Source: Leucoraja ocellata
Lineage: Eukaryota
Reading direction: 5' to 3'
Assembly (NCBI GenBank): GCA_036785375.1
Contig: JAWMAR010000176.1
Coordinates: 496,001-560,000 of the forward strand
DNA length: 64,000 bases
This document shows positions 12,743-26,178 of this stretch, piece by piece; within the stretch, counting starts at the first letter, position 1, and every line of letters starts with the position of its first letter. Below the pieces are notes generated by a model. It was given only the letters and a program-made list of their open reading frames with translations, was not told where the DNA came from and searched no databases. The translations under genes were made by a program, and so were the position numbers.

Positions 12743-14254
12743 GCTGGGCCAAACGCAGGCTTGTGTAGATGGGACATGTTGGCCGGTGTGGGCAATTTGG
12801 GCTAAAGGGCCTGTTTCCACACTCTAAGACTCTGTGATTCTATGGCTTTAAACAGAATTACAAATTACAGAAAGTATGTAAAAGCCTGGGAGAGGGTGCA
12901 GAAGGTTCACCAAGATTTTGTCTGTATTGCATTGTATTAGCTATAAGCAGAGGTTGGACAAACTAGCATAGTTTTCCCTGGATCGTCGAAGGCTGAAGGG
13001 AGACCTGATAGAAGTATATACAATTATGTGAAGCATTGACAGGGTACATAGTTGTTTTTTATCCCAGGGTGAAAATGGCAAATACTAGAGTCCATAGTTT
13101 TAGAATGTGAGGAGAATATTTAAAGGATATTGACAAGGCAAGCTTTTTAAAAAAGAGAATAGTATGTGTCTAGTCATTGGAGCTGTGCTACTGCACCGCT
13201 CTGTGCCTGTGGAGGAAAGTCAATATTGTCACTTTGCATCTGGTCAAATGTAAAATCTTGTGAGTCGCTGTGTAATTTATTACAACAGTTGCATAGTTGG
13301 ATTAACACAACTCTTAATGATCTTAATTACTTTGCCAACTAATTGAAAAACATTTAAGTCATTTTTACAGCTCTGCTTCAATGACTAGATTATTTTTGAT
13401 GCAACTGCTTTTGAGATCACATTGTCCCGGGTCATGTATTTTAAGATAAGGTAACAAATTAGAATAAAAATTGGTTTCTCCCACTTTTTTAATTAAATAC
13501 AGGAAAATGTCCTTTCCATGATCCTATGGGAAACACAGAGGTGTGAACATTTGGAGAAGATACAGTTGGACCAATATGGACCTACTCTCAGATGAATAGC
13601 CTTCAAATGCATTTTGCCAAAGTTCAAAAGTGAACAAACGTGGATACGACAGGTTTAAAGGGATATGGGCCAAACGCAGGCAGGTGGGACGTGTAGATGG
13701 GACATGTTGGCCGGTGTGGGCAATTTGGGCTAAAGGGCCTGTTTCCACACTCTAAGACTCTGTGACTATGGCTTTAAATGGCCAGAAGCTGGAGGATTTT
13801 GTGCCAGTACAACTAGATAGAAACTCACGAGAATCAAAAGATCTTTCAAATGTTGGAAATCTGAATAAAAAAAGGAAATAATGAAACACTAAGCAGGCCA
13901 GAATGCATCTGTGGAAGGAGAAACAGTCATAATCTGACAAAAGGTATCTGACCTGCAACATTAACCCTGCTTCTCTTCCCACAGATAGCAACTTAAATTC
14001 ACTGCTTCTAGGAAAGGATGGGTACTTTAGACCCAGGAGAAAATTTATAAATTAGGTTGATTAGTTCTTCTTCTGAATGTTGAGACAGGCAGATGTGCAT
14101 GAATTAGTTTGGTAGGCAGGGAGAAGGCAGAGTATCAGTATGGCTATGAGCATTGGGAACGCTGCAATGTCTTGGGTGTTATTTTACATTTTCAATCTGA
14201 GAAGGAATGCAGTCCCAGAATGTGGAATTCCGCCAGTTATCATCTAGCCTGGTC

Positions 14255-15020
14255 AGATCAGAATCCGAATCAGAATCACACTTTATTCGCCAAGTATGTT
14301 TTGCAACATATGAGGAATTTCATTGGCCAGGTCAGTCAAACAATTAAAAGTACCAGATTACTTCAAAAACAAATTTTACATGAACATCCACCACAGTGAC
14401 TCCTACACATTCCTCACTGTGATGGAAGGTGAAATAAAGTTCCTTCCCTTAGTTCTTCCTCGGTCGTGGGCCTCGAGCCCCCGTTGACGGAATGATCTTA
14501 ACTCCCATAGCCGGCGGTGTTCGGCCCCTTCGCGTCGAGGAGATCAAGCTCCCGCATCGGGGGGGATGTCAGCTCCCCCGCGCTGGACGATCGAACCTCG
14601 TGTCGGGGCTGGTGAACCTTCCTCGACGTTGGAGCTCCCCACTCGGCCTCACCCGGGACTGCGAGCCCTTGATGTTGATTCTGCGGTGGCCGCGGTGGCC
14701 GCGGTGGGAACGGTCCCAGGCAAGGGATCAGCTCCGATGTTAAGTCCCCCCCGTCCGCCCCGCGGTGGGGCTCACGACGGTCCGAGGAGGCTTCCAGCTC
14801 CATCAATGGTAGGCCCCAGAGCCCGGAGAATGTGATCCGAAAATTGATCACATCCCCGGGAAGGTAACCTGAAAAAAAGTTTTCCCCAATCCCCTCCCCC
14901 CTCCCCCCTCCCCCCACATAAAACAAACCAAAGAACATTAAAACAAAATTTTAACAAACTAAAAAATAACAAAAAAAGTGAAAAGCCGAACAGACTGCTG
15001 GCAAGGCGGCCATCACCCCG
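14255..15020 (-). mobile_element. CpG-rich non-autonomous retroelement (family copy 2)
   Basis: Minus strand: gatggccgccttgccagcagtctg head, T-rich tract, GC core, ccttccatcacagtgaggaa box, tatgttgcaaaacata hairpin, aataaa, (gattct)n tail. Confidence 0.75.
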
Positions 15021-16467
15021 GTGCCTAGTAAAGACACTCAATGTCCTCGTCCTGCCACTAATGGGCTATGGTTCAGTCACTTTCAGTTCCGTATTCCTGA
15101 TGAGACCAGGAACCCACACTGAATGTACACAGGATGGTGACAAATACCTAAATAATTAGACACCACATTTCTGCTCATCTACAATCTATTTTCTGTGAGA
15201 AAAGAAGTGTAATTAAAAAGGTGATAGTTTGTTTCAGTGGCACAGAGTCTCTACTTTGCACTGTGGGTTTTCCATCCATATGCTGTACAAACACATGGAA
15301 ACCATGGATGTGTGGACTGCTGTTTGAATCCCACTTCTGTCGTTCTCATCAGCAGAATGTGACCCCTGCTGTTCACATGCTGCTCATGCAGAAACAGCTA
15401 TACATGGCATCTGCATATCCTACTTTAGAGTATTCCTGGAATATGGTGAGAGGGGGGTAATTGTCCTATGTGGAGAGATTAAGCAGTTTGGGCCTAAACC
15501 TTCAAGAGTTTAGATGAGTGAGAGATTACCTCATTGAAATTAAATGATCGCAATCATTTTTATAAGTAGGCCATTTTAGCACTGCACATCTCTGACCATT
15601 GAAGTGCTGGCAGTGCTGGCTAGAAGGGCCGAACGGCCTACTGCACCTATTGTCTATAGGAATCTGTGTTTATGTCACAATCTATACTAATCTACAATCA
15701 AGGATCAATGTATTAGTCCAAGTTTGTTGATGTTACAAAGCTGGGCTGTGGTGTGTCTTTTGCAGAAGGTGAAGAGTATCAGCAGGAGATGTAGACATGT
15801 TGACTGATTCATCAAGGGAATGGCAGGCAGAAGATGACGCAGAGAAATGCAAGGTTATCCACTTCAATAGAAAAGGTTAATTTTTATATGATGAGAGATT
15901 GAGAGTGGTTGGTATTTAGAAGGTTTAGGTAAACACAGATAAATGCAGGTGAGTTATGGTCATACATCACAGAAATGTGCCCTTCATCCCAACTAGTCCA
16001 TGTCAACCATGATGCCGATTCTACACTAATCCCTTTTGCCCACATTATGCTCACATCCCCCTGCTCCTATCCCATCCAAGTCCCTATCCAATTGTCTTTT
16101 CAATGTTCTCATTAAATCTGCCTCTCCACTTCTTCTGGCAGCTCATTCTATATACCCACCACACTCTGTGTGGAAAACTATCCCCTCAGATCTACCATGA
16201 ATTTCTCCCCTCTCAGCTTACACCGTACTTTCTATCTTTAAACTCTATGATCATAGGAAAGAGACTGACCATCAACCTTTAAACCATTAAAAGTACAAAC
16301 CTCCATTGGTCTCCTGTGTTTAAGTGAGCAATTAGGAAGGCAAATAATATGCTGACATTTATTGCCAGAGGATCTGAGTTAAGAAATAGAGATATCTCGT
16401 TTCAATTATATATAGAGCCACACGTGACATTGTGTGAACGTCTGGTCTCCCAATTATGGAGATTATC

Positions 16468-17342
16468 CGGTAGGCGGCGCGACTCTCGTCAGCAGCGGCC
16501 TCTGAAGCCCGTCTGCGTTTTTATTATTTTTTGTCTATGTTTCTATGTAGTTTTTGTTATTTTTTGTTGGGGTGTGTGTGTGCGGGGGTGGGGGTGGGGT
16601 GGGAGGGAGGGGATAACTTTTAAATCTCTCCCTGCACGGGAGACCAGACCTTTTCTTTGTCGGTTCTCCGTTGTCGTTGGGGCTGCAACGAGGAGCGGCC
16701 TCCAACAGGAAGACCGGGGGCTCTGGTGCCGACTAATCACCTCACCGTCACGGAGCTGGCCGAGTCCGGAGCGGGTGGAGCGGTGGTGGAGCGGTGGTGG
16801 AGCGCTGCTGCGGCCCGACCTCCGGAGATTCGGAGGCTGCAACTGCGGGTCTGGCGGACAGCGGCACCGGGAGCCCGCGGTGGAGGGCGGAGGGAGACCG
16901 CTTTTCAGGGCTCCCGCAACGGCAACTTCTCCCGCCCGAGTTGCGGGGTTGAAGAGCTCCTGGAGCGGGGCCTTACAGCACCACCCCGCGCAGCTTGGAA
17001 TGGCCGCGCGACTCTGCGAGCGCACGCCGGGGGCTCTAACATCAAGAACCCGGTGTGCGACCTTGCATCACCCGGCGTGGCTTTAATGGCCGCAGGACAT
17101 TCGCCATCGCCAGCCGGGGGCTTTGGCTTTGACAGCGGGGGGGGGAGGGGGGGGGGGGGGGGGGGTAGAGAGTGCAGTGGAGAGATAAGTTTTTTTGGCC
17201 TTCTATCACAGCGATGTGATGGATGTTTATGTAAATTATGTTGTGTCTTGGGTCTATTTGTCTGTAATGTATGGCTGCAGAAACGGCATTTCGTTTGGAC
17301 CTCAAGGGGTCCAAATGACAAATAAATTGAATCTTGAATCTT
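16468..17342 (+). mobile_element. CpG-rich non-autonomous retroelement (family copy 3) inserted in a CR1 fragment
   Basis: ggcggcgcgactctcgtcagcagcggcc head, T-rich and G-rich tracts, GC core, ccttctatcacagcga box, tttggacc/ggtccaaa hairpin, aataaa, (ttgaatc)n tail. CR1 sequence resumes on both sides. Confidence 0.8.
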
Positions 17343-18037
17343 GGAGTGAAAACATAAATTCATCAGAATCATTCACTGCAGGGCAGAGCGTTGCATGAAA
17401 AGTGATGATGCAGACTAGGTTCAGAAGGACAAGAAGCAAACTCACACAATACATGAGGGATTTGATTGGGTTAGAGTTAATTCTTTCCCAAGCTGGAGTG
17501 TTCTAGAACTAAGGATCATGGTCTCAAATTTAAGGCTTGTCAATTCAAGACAGAGATGAGGAAAAAGTTTGAAGAAGGGTTCCAACCTGAAACATCACCT
17601 ATCCATTTTATCCAGGAATTCTGCTTGATCTGTTGAGTAACTAGCATTTGTGTCTTTCTTTGGTATCAACCAGCATTTGCAATTCCTTGTCATTACATGA
17701 GGAAACCGTTCTTCACTGCGATGGTGTGAGTCTTCGTCGTTCCTGAGTCAAGATGGCTGTGCAGACTTGTTCGCTAAACATGTTCCAGATAGATTGCTAC
17801 AGTTTTGGATATGAAGGGAATCGAGGGAATGTGTAGGAAAGTGGTGCAGAGGGAAAATATTAACCACGATCTTGTATAATAAAGCATTCATGATGGGCCA
17901 ATCAGGCTTCTATTTCTTATGTAAGTTGTTATGAAACACAAAATGCTTATGGGGCAGGATGATATTTCCCATGGCAGGAGTGTCTAGATCCAAGGGTCAC
18001 AGTCTTAGAATAAAGCCATTCTGGGCTCAGATGAGTC

Positions 18038-18325
18038 CACCAAACTCAAGTGCAGTTTCATACAACTTCAAGCAGGGTGCAAGACCACCAAATTCAAGTA
18101 GTTTCCTACCACTTCAAGCAGGGTGCAGGGCCACGAAACTCAAGTGCTGCTTCCTACCACTTCAAGCACAGTGCAAGGCCACCAAACTCAAGTGCAGTTT
18201 CATGCCACTTCAAGCAAGGTGCAAGGCCACCAAATTCAATGCAGTTTCATACCATTTCATGCAGGGTGCAAGATGACCACATTCAAATGCAGTTTCATAC
18301 CATTTCAAGCAGGGTGAAACCACCA
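18038..18325. repeat. Minisatellite, ~48-bp unit x ~6
   Basis: Unit caccaaactcaagtgcagtttcatacaacttcaagcagggtgcaagac repeated with substitutions; followed by (accacataaa)-like 10-mers to ~18370. Confidence 0.92.
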
Positions 18326-18361
18326 TAAAACCACCATAAAACCACACAAAACACCACATAA

Positions 18362-18965
18362 ACACCACACTCACAGTTCAGTAGACATTCAGTGTGTTCA
18401 GCTGATTCACAGCTCAGACAGAGTCATGACCTCTCCCTCCCCCATCTTGCAGAGACTGACCCACACCCACACTTCCGGGTTTTATAATCCCTCCCTACTC
18501 CCACCGGAAGGGGCGTGGCCTTCATGGTGTGATTGACAGGAGAGAGTGCTCAACATTTTTTAAACACTAATAACACTTTTATTTTTCATTGATGGGAAGA
18601 ATCCTCTGCACCCAATGAGTGTAGGGGGACTGAGTAAGTGGTAGCGTTTTATCTAAAATCAATATGCAATACAAACAGGAAGTTGTCAAGTTTATATTTT
18701 TAATCTGTGCTTTAGTTTCATTTCAAACCAATCACCACCAACCATTTGCTGTGCTTTATTTCAAACCAACCACATTTTCATTTTCAAACCACATTATGGG
18801 TACTCAAGGTCAGTAAAACCACACTCACAGTTTAGTAGACATGTGTTCAGTGTTATTCACAGCCCAAACGGAGAGCCGTAACCCTCTCACTCCCCCATCT
18901 TGCAGAGACTGACTGAGGCACTCAACACTTCTGGGTTTTATAGTCCCTCGGGAAGGGGCGTGGTT
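18362..18965. repeat. Unclassified interspersed repeat with ~150-bp internal direct duplication
   Basis: accacactcacagtt..agtagacat...cccccatcttgcagagactgac...gggttttata..ccctc..gaaggggcgtgg at 18362-18520 and again at 18816-18965. Confidence 0.75.
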
Positions 18966-19317
18966 AAGTATATAACTAATTTTCTTCTGGAAATTATTTC
19001 CGTAGGGCATGGTTCACCAAGCTAGTCAAACTGAAATCTCACGGGAAGCAAATTAAGCTGAAAAGGACATGAGACCGATAAAATCTTAGAGAGTCACGGA
19101 TCAGAAAGAAAGCAATAAAGTAAATATTAGTCTTCAAATCGTTACCCATACTTTGCTGACATGGCTCCCTTGATATTTAGTGAGCTGCCGAACTGTGCAG
19201 ACAAGGATGCAACTATTTACAGATCTTCCTCTGTAATTAGCTGCCTCAACCAGGGCATATTTACATCCTTCATTGCACTCTAAGCTCGAGAGAAGTCGAT
19301 CAATGATCTTTCTCATC

Positions 19318-19590
19318 GGTGTCTCGACCCGAAACGTCACCCATTCCTTCTATCCAGAGATGCTGCCTCTCCCCCTGTGTTACTCCAGCATTTTTGTCTA
19401 TCTTCGGTGTAAACCAGCATCTGCAGTTCTTTCCTACACATTTCTCATCAGGCAATCAGTCTAATGAAGTGTCCCAACCCGCAACACCACATATCCATAT
19501 TCTCCAGGGAAGCTGCTTGATCCACTGAGTTACTACAGAATTGTGTATCTTTCCTTTGTAAACCAGCATCTGCACTTCCTTGTTTCTACA
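19318..19590 (+). mobile_element. Two tandem Penelope-derived short repeats
   Basis: gtctcgacccgaaacgtcacccattcc...gttactccagcattttt...aaccagcatctgcagttc, then a second degenerate unit to 19590; ctttctca(t/c) recurs at ~19309, ~19441 and ~19596. Confidence 0.7.
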
Positions 19591-21199
19591 ATGATCTTTC
19601 TCACATTGGCATGTATCAGAGTTCAGTAGATTTGAATTAGTGGTGATGCTTCTGCAGTTGAATAGCCTGACTGTACTTGGGAAACAATATACTGTCTAGA
19701 TCTTCCCTATAGTTTTTAAAACTACGTTGATTTAAGATTAGGTCTTGTAAATTTTGCATATAGTGCATCCTTTGCTGATGCCTTGTTTCGTGATAGCGAG
19801 TAAATTAAAAGGCTATGATTGGTAAATTTCTATTCCTTTTGTGGAAAAGAATTAGCTGACAAGTCTTCCATGATATTTGATAGATACAAATGTCCTAATT
19901 GTACATGTGGCTGTCAGATTGCCTATGAAATTGGCTCCAATCAGTCAGTATTCTGTGCCACAGGTAGCACTTTATCATGATACACCAATGTTTACAATGT
20001 CCATTGCAGTTAGTCATTTTTGGACATTGTGTGGAGCAAAACAAATTGTATATTAGGCTTTTGGGAGTAGTTGAAAAATTAATAATTTTCTTTTGGTCGG
20101 CAACTCTTTAAAATAATTCTGGTCTGGTTCTAGATCCTTTCATCTTTTAGCAGAAGTTTCCTAACCATCCATTCATCCACCAATTATGTTTGTCATGTGC
20201 AAAAGAAGAACTGGAAACTAGATGTTATAGAAATTATTTGTGACTCTTTTTCATACCAGAGAACATTCCGACAGAATAATGGATATTAAATCAATCTCAT
20301 GTTTGTGACTCACTTGATAAATGTGACATGACAAATATTCTCTGGGTGCCTGGGAGAGCATTACAACTCTCCTCGTTCAGAAAGAGTAGTTCACCTTCCA
20401 GATATTACCTATAAGTTACATGGCAGCCTGCCCTATGACATAGAAGCAATGTTTAGATTTTTCTAATAGTCCAGAGACAATATGAAAAATCTATCAGGAA
20501 AAAATGACAACAAATGCAAAATGTGCATCTCAATGGAAGAACCATAAATATAGGAGCATATATAGGATTGATCTCATCATGGCTTCAGCTACAATTTCTT
20601 GCCTTTAACCCACAGAAGGCTGTGGAGGCCAAGTCAATGGATATATTTGAGGTGGAGATTGATAGGCTCTTGATTAGTAAAGGTGTCTACAGTTATGGAG
20701 AAAATGCAGGAGAATGGGGTTGAGAGTGAAAAATAGCCATGATTGAATGTCAAAGTAGACTTGTTGAGCCAAATGGTCTAATCCTGCTCCTACAACTTAT
20801 GAACATGAACTTATCATTAACTCCTGCAGTCCAACTATTTGTCCATCACAGCCTTCAGTGACTCTGATACCACAGATGGAGACATTAAAGACTACAGATG
20901 CTGGAATTTGGACCAAAAATAAACTGCCTGAGCAACACAGTCTGGAGGTCAGGCAGCATCTGTGGAGAGATATGGACAGGCAATGTTTCAGGTCGACTGG
21001 TGATCAGGTAACAGTCAAAAATTTTAACCCACCAACAAAAGGATGAGAGCATTAACAGGCCCGTTGTTTTGCGGGAAGCTGTAACAATGCATTTACTTGG
21101 ATTACGTAACATTCATTATTTTCTTAACAATATCTTCAATAATGACTTGCACAGGAATGTTTGGAACTATAATTGTTACAAACTTATTGTGGACCATGT

Positions 21200-21600
21200 T
21201 TTGGACAAACTTGGATGGTTTTCTTTGAAACATCAGAGGTTGACGGGGGACCTGATAGTAGTAAATAAAATTACACGAGGCAGAACGTATTTCCCGGGAT
21301 GGAAATGTCAAAGACATGAGAGTTTAGCTTTAAGATGAGATGAGCAAAGTTTAAAGGAGATGTGCAGGACAAGTATTTTCACACAGAGAATGGAGGATGC
21401 CTGGAACATAGTGGTAAAGCAGATATGATAATGGCATTCAAAAATGCATTTAGGGAGGCACTTGGATATGTCGGGAATAGGGGTATATGGATCACGTGCA
21501 GGCAGAGGAGATTAGTTTACCTTGGCATTGTGTTCAACACTGATGTTATGGGCCAAAAGGCCTGTTTCTGTGGTGTACTGCTTTATGTTCTATATGCAGG
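21200..21600 (+). mobile_element. CR1 LINE 3' fragment
   Basis: LDKLGWFSLKHQRLTGDLI translation and CR1 tail. Confidence 0.75.
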
Positions 21601-24600
21601 CTAACATTTAATTTGTTTAGTAATAAGTGCTCTCATACTAAAATTGGCTATCTGCAAAATCTCAAAATACACAGAACTTGAACTGATGGAATGAACTGTC
21701 TGCAATTTTTTACAGGTAAATTAATAATGACTAGATATCGAGTATTCATTATTTATAATCTAAAGTATTGTGATATAAATTATTTATCTTATAATGAATG
21801 CGCCATATTGTCAACATTGCTACCTGATAGACTGAAAGAAAAAAATCATCGTCATTCAAACAGGTAATAGGGTGGAATCTCACCCGCATACAATACTGGT
21901 CCAAAGTTTTGGCCTGAAATGTTGACCATTCCTTTACCTCCTCAATTTGTTGGACAATATTCTAGTCTCTGGGTGAGCCTGGGAGATTCTGATATAAACA
22001 GAGCAAAAAAAAAAAGAAAATCTTGAAAACGCTGAGGTCAAATTGTGTCTTTAATGAGAAGAAGATGAATTGAAGTTTAGATGCTTCAGTTAGTAGGTGA
22101 TAGCGACCTGAGGTTTTAAAATTGGCTAAACCACGCGTGATGACAAAATTATACAGTCCACCATCTGAGGGACACAGGAGGCAGGATCTACAGAATTCAT
22201 ACTAAATCACAAAAGGGCATAGGTTTCTGCTCGCTCCAGACACACTTATTCATGGCAGATGTGGGACATGTACACCAATCATCCAGTTTCCAGGTCTAAA
22301 TCTGTTCTTTAACCAGCAAGCTTTTTGTTCCCAGTGTCTTTTCAATACATTGTCTGTCCCGAACTGTTTGTGTTGTGTGTTCCCTCTATTTCTGCTGCTG
22401 TGAATCAATTGAATTAATCTGGTCAGTAATTTGGTTGTGGTAAAAGATCTAATGATTTTCCGCCTCTGGATTGACTGCCGATTTAATGAGCATCCTCTTT
22501 AATTGTTTTACAAGAATACATTAAGCTAATAAAGCAGAGAAAAGTACATGTGGTGAATCTTTGGAAACAAGATCAGCCTGAAGAAACTGTTGCCATGAGT
22601 TGAAAAAGATTGAGTCTTATCATCCTGTTGCTGATTTATTACACATAATTTAATTTTCTTGTGTGATTTAAACTCAAGGTGTGATATTTAGTCATTCCAT
22701 TTGTCAAAATAAGGCATTGATAATTAAATAAGATATTAATTGAATGATTTGAACCAGATATAAATTCGAACAAGAGCAATTTGGCCTATACATTGAAAAG
22801 CAAGCAACTGGGTATGCAGATCATTTGAGGGAGGTGGATAATAAGCAAGTAGAGGACATTAATTTAATTTGGCATGATGTTTCACATGGACATTGTGGGC
22901 CAAAGAGCCTGTCCCTGTGTTGCATTGTTTTATGTTTTAACTGCATATGCTGGAAATCTGAATGAAAAAAAAAATTAAAAATTTAAATTTAAAAGATATT
23001 TGGATAGGATGGGTTTAGATAGGTATGGGCCAAATGCAAGCAAGTGGGGCTAGTGTTGATGTGGGCATATTGGTTGACATGGGTAAGTTGGGCTGAAGGG
23101 CCTGTTTCCACACTGTATGACTCTATGACTCTAAAATCCTGGTCACACTAACGGTTGGAGGGAAGTTCAGAGTTAATGTATCAATAACTTTCATCAGAAC
23201 CAGAAATAAGCCCAGAAATTGTCCTGTACTAGAAAGCGTGAATTGAATTGCATCGGGTCAATGCATGTTTTTGCATCCTTGACATGCTACAAAAATGTAA
23301 TTGCACATGAAACTCAAGGTAATGCTCACAATAGAGCAGTTATGTTATATGTACACAGAGAAGCTTTTCCGCCACCCACTTCACAATGTCAGAGATCAGG
23401 GGAGATGGTTTCACAGTGCAATTTTGAGCGGAGTGGAGGAAGAAAGACGAGGAGCTCAGGATGAATGAAAGATGGAAGTTGTAGTCATGATCACGTGAGT
23501 AGGTGGGATTTCAGGGTCATGAATGAAAGAGCTAATAGTCAAATCTAATTAAGTTTACAAAATGGAGTTGTTCTTCTACGAAAGCATGGTCTAGTTGAAC
23601 AAAATAATTGCTCGGTGCCAAGTCTGAATGACTTTGCACATTATATGGAACACTATATGGAGGACAGGTTGTCTTTTTAATAAAGACATTAAAATGGAAA
23701 GCTGAATAATAGCATGTGCTCTTTCAAGGACATAAAGAAGCCGAGATTGAAAAAAATAGCTGACGCTCCAGAGATAAGTAATAACTTATTATTGGATGAG
23801 ATGATTTGGACCCAGCTTTTTCTATATTCTGAAAGGCTATAGAATCTTTCAGTCATGCCATATTCAGATTTGGTAGGAGTGTTTTACTGATAAGAAAAAT
23901 GTATAATTGCGCTAACTTTCCTTTGTTCTGTGAGTGGAGCCCATTTGTGCTCATTGTAGATCTTGCCGCTCCTGAACTGACAAATCAATAAAAGATTGCC
24001 ATGGTTTACATTTAACAATTTTGTTGCTATCTGCTTTTTAAGAGACAAACTTTGACAATATTGAGGGTGGTTGATTGTAGATTGAGGACCTAAAGGAGGT
24101 TGTCTGACAGACAGTCTAAGCGCTAGACTCTGTAGTTTAAACTGGTCGGGTCGGACCCTTGTAATTATGCCCAGCAACAGGCCTTCAATTCATTTTAAAG
24201 CCCTATTTTGGCATTAGATCACACTAATGATAATCTATACGCACATAAATTGGTTTCACAGAAGTGGCATCTAAACATGTTTTACACTGTCAAATGCCAT
24301 TTATGTGTTTAAGCATCATTTGGGTATAATGGGCATCAGAAGTAATTTGCTGCCTTTTAAAATATGTAGGAAGCTTTTTTTCATTTCAAAAATATGTTAT
24401 TCATTATATCATAGGAAATGCACTAGATACTCATCTTTCTCTACATTGATTATTTCATCAAATCAATATATTCTCTTAGAATGCATCATGTTTTCCCATA
24501 TGCAATAAGTACTTGTTTATAATAACATTCTGTCAGAGACACATCCAATTATTGTGCTGCGCATTGGAAGTTCTTTAATTCATTCCTTGCTATATTAATA

Positions 24601-24884
24601 TCTAGAATGCTAGATATAGTTCTTGATATTAATCTCCCAGGTTGCGCTTTATCATATTCCATAAATTCATACAAGAGGATACTTTGGTATAATTCCTCAT
24701 AATTTTATGATATTACAGCATTATAAATGGTCCATGTGCAATCTAATCAAATAATCTTCTATCCAAATGCTGCTTAATTCAAGTTTGTTCCATAATTTTA
24801 TTCATGCCTAAGGCTGCCTACTATCAAAAATGTTAACATGGATACCATCTGCTCTAATTTCATGATTGGCACAACTTTACCTGC

Positions 24885-25615
24885 CTTCAATGACGGGATG
24901 GCAATGGTGAGAGTCAACGGCTTCAAGTTCCTGGGCGGGCATATCTCCAAAGATCTGTCCTGGGTCCAGCACTTTGAGGCAAGCACAAAAAAAACTCATC
25001 AACGCATCTCAACTTCTTCAGAAGATTGAGGAGATTCGGCATGTTACCAAATACTCTATCGAACTTCAACAGGTGTTCGGTAGAGAGCACACTGACTGGA
25101 TGCAACGTCGCCTGGTTTGTTAATTCGAACATCCAGGAACAAAGGAGGCTGCACAAAGTCTATCATGCATACTGACCTCCCTACCATCGAAGGGATCTAC
25201 AGGAGATGCTGCCTCAAAAAGGAAGCTAATATCATCAATGAACCACGCCATTATGGCCACCCTCTCATCTTGCTGCACCATCGGGAATGAGGTAGAGGAA
25301 TCTGATCTCCAGATTCAAGAACAGCTTCTTCTCAGCAACCATTAGGCTCTTGAACCCCACTGCACAACATAAATTGCAACCCTACCTCAGCAGTAAGCTA
25401 TTTTGGACTTTAAATTTGTCTGCACCATGTACTTCGCCTTTGTGCTATCGTGGTCTGGTTACTGAGTATTACTGCTTGTAAATTTATTGGTATTATTGAT
25501 AATTGTATATTTATTTGTTGTGTTACTACGTGAAGGGCCTATAAAGCTCCAGCAAGTAACAGTGTCATTGTTCTGTTCCTGCTGCATATTACAATTAAAC
25601 ACTCTTGACTCTGAC
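24885..25615 (+). mobile_element. Rex1/Babar-type LINE 3' fragment
   Basis: VRVNGFKFLGGHISKDLSWVQH, then LRRFGMLPNTLSNFNRCSVESTLTGCNVAWFVN (DUF1891-like C-terminus); ends acaattaaacactcttgactctgact. Confidence 0.8.
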
Positions 25616-26178
25616 TGTTTGCTCAGACTACAATAAATTTCAGATTTGCAATGGTGAAAACGTGGCAGGTCATTTTATTTCTCAGCTAATGTCTTTTAAG
25701 TAATCATGAAATTATTTTATTTTTGTCACTAATTGGAAGGTGATAACTATTTCTTAATTTCGTAAGGGGACTTAGACAAAATCAGATCCTCTTTAATTCT
25801 TGTGGAAGGCGATAATCATTTGCTTAACTTTTTAAACACCCACTCATTAATTCCAGGCATATTATGAAATCTAATGAGACCAACTTGTTATAATGTCTTC
25901 TTATTTGTTATTTCTGGATGATGTCAAAGAAAATGTAAATAAATATTAACAGTGTTAACAATGACCCGAGGGATGGAGCTGACTTCCGCTGTAGTTTGAA
26001 GACAGTTTGTTGTCATATTTCCTCCTTAAAAGCTCAGTAAAGCGAACTATTCAACTGTTGAAACATAACACATGAAGAACCAACATTTATCCTTTTCATC
26101 ATCAGCAAATTTGTCATCTTTAATTGTAATTAATGAAAACATAATGGTCTAGCAAGCATAAACATTTAATAATTTTCA

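Noticed and set aside
16349-17372. Overlapping 150-245 aa ORFs on both strands (also at 12238, 14498, 26269, 27841)
   Set aside because: They result from stop-codon scarcity in GC-rich repeat cores; Arg/Pro/Gly-rich, no domain motifs, and frames are not conserved between copies.
18038-18325. Regular repeats superficially like a CRISPR array
   Set aside because: Units are contiguous with no unique spacers, there are no cas genes, and the context is vertebrate; it is a minisatellite.
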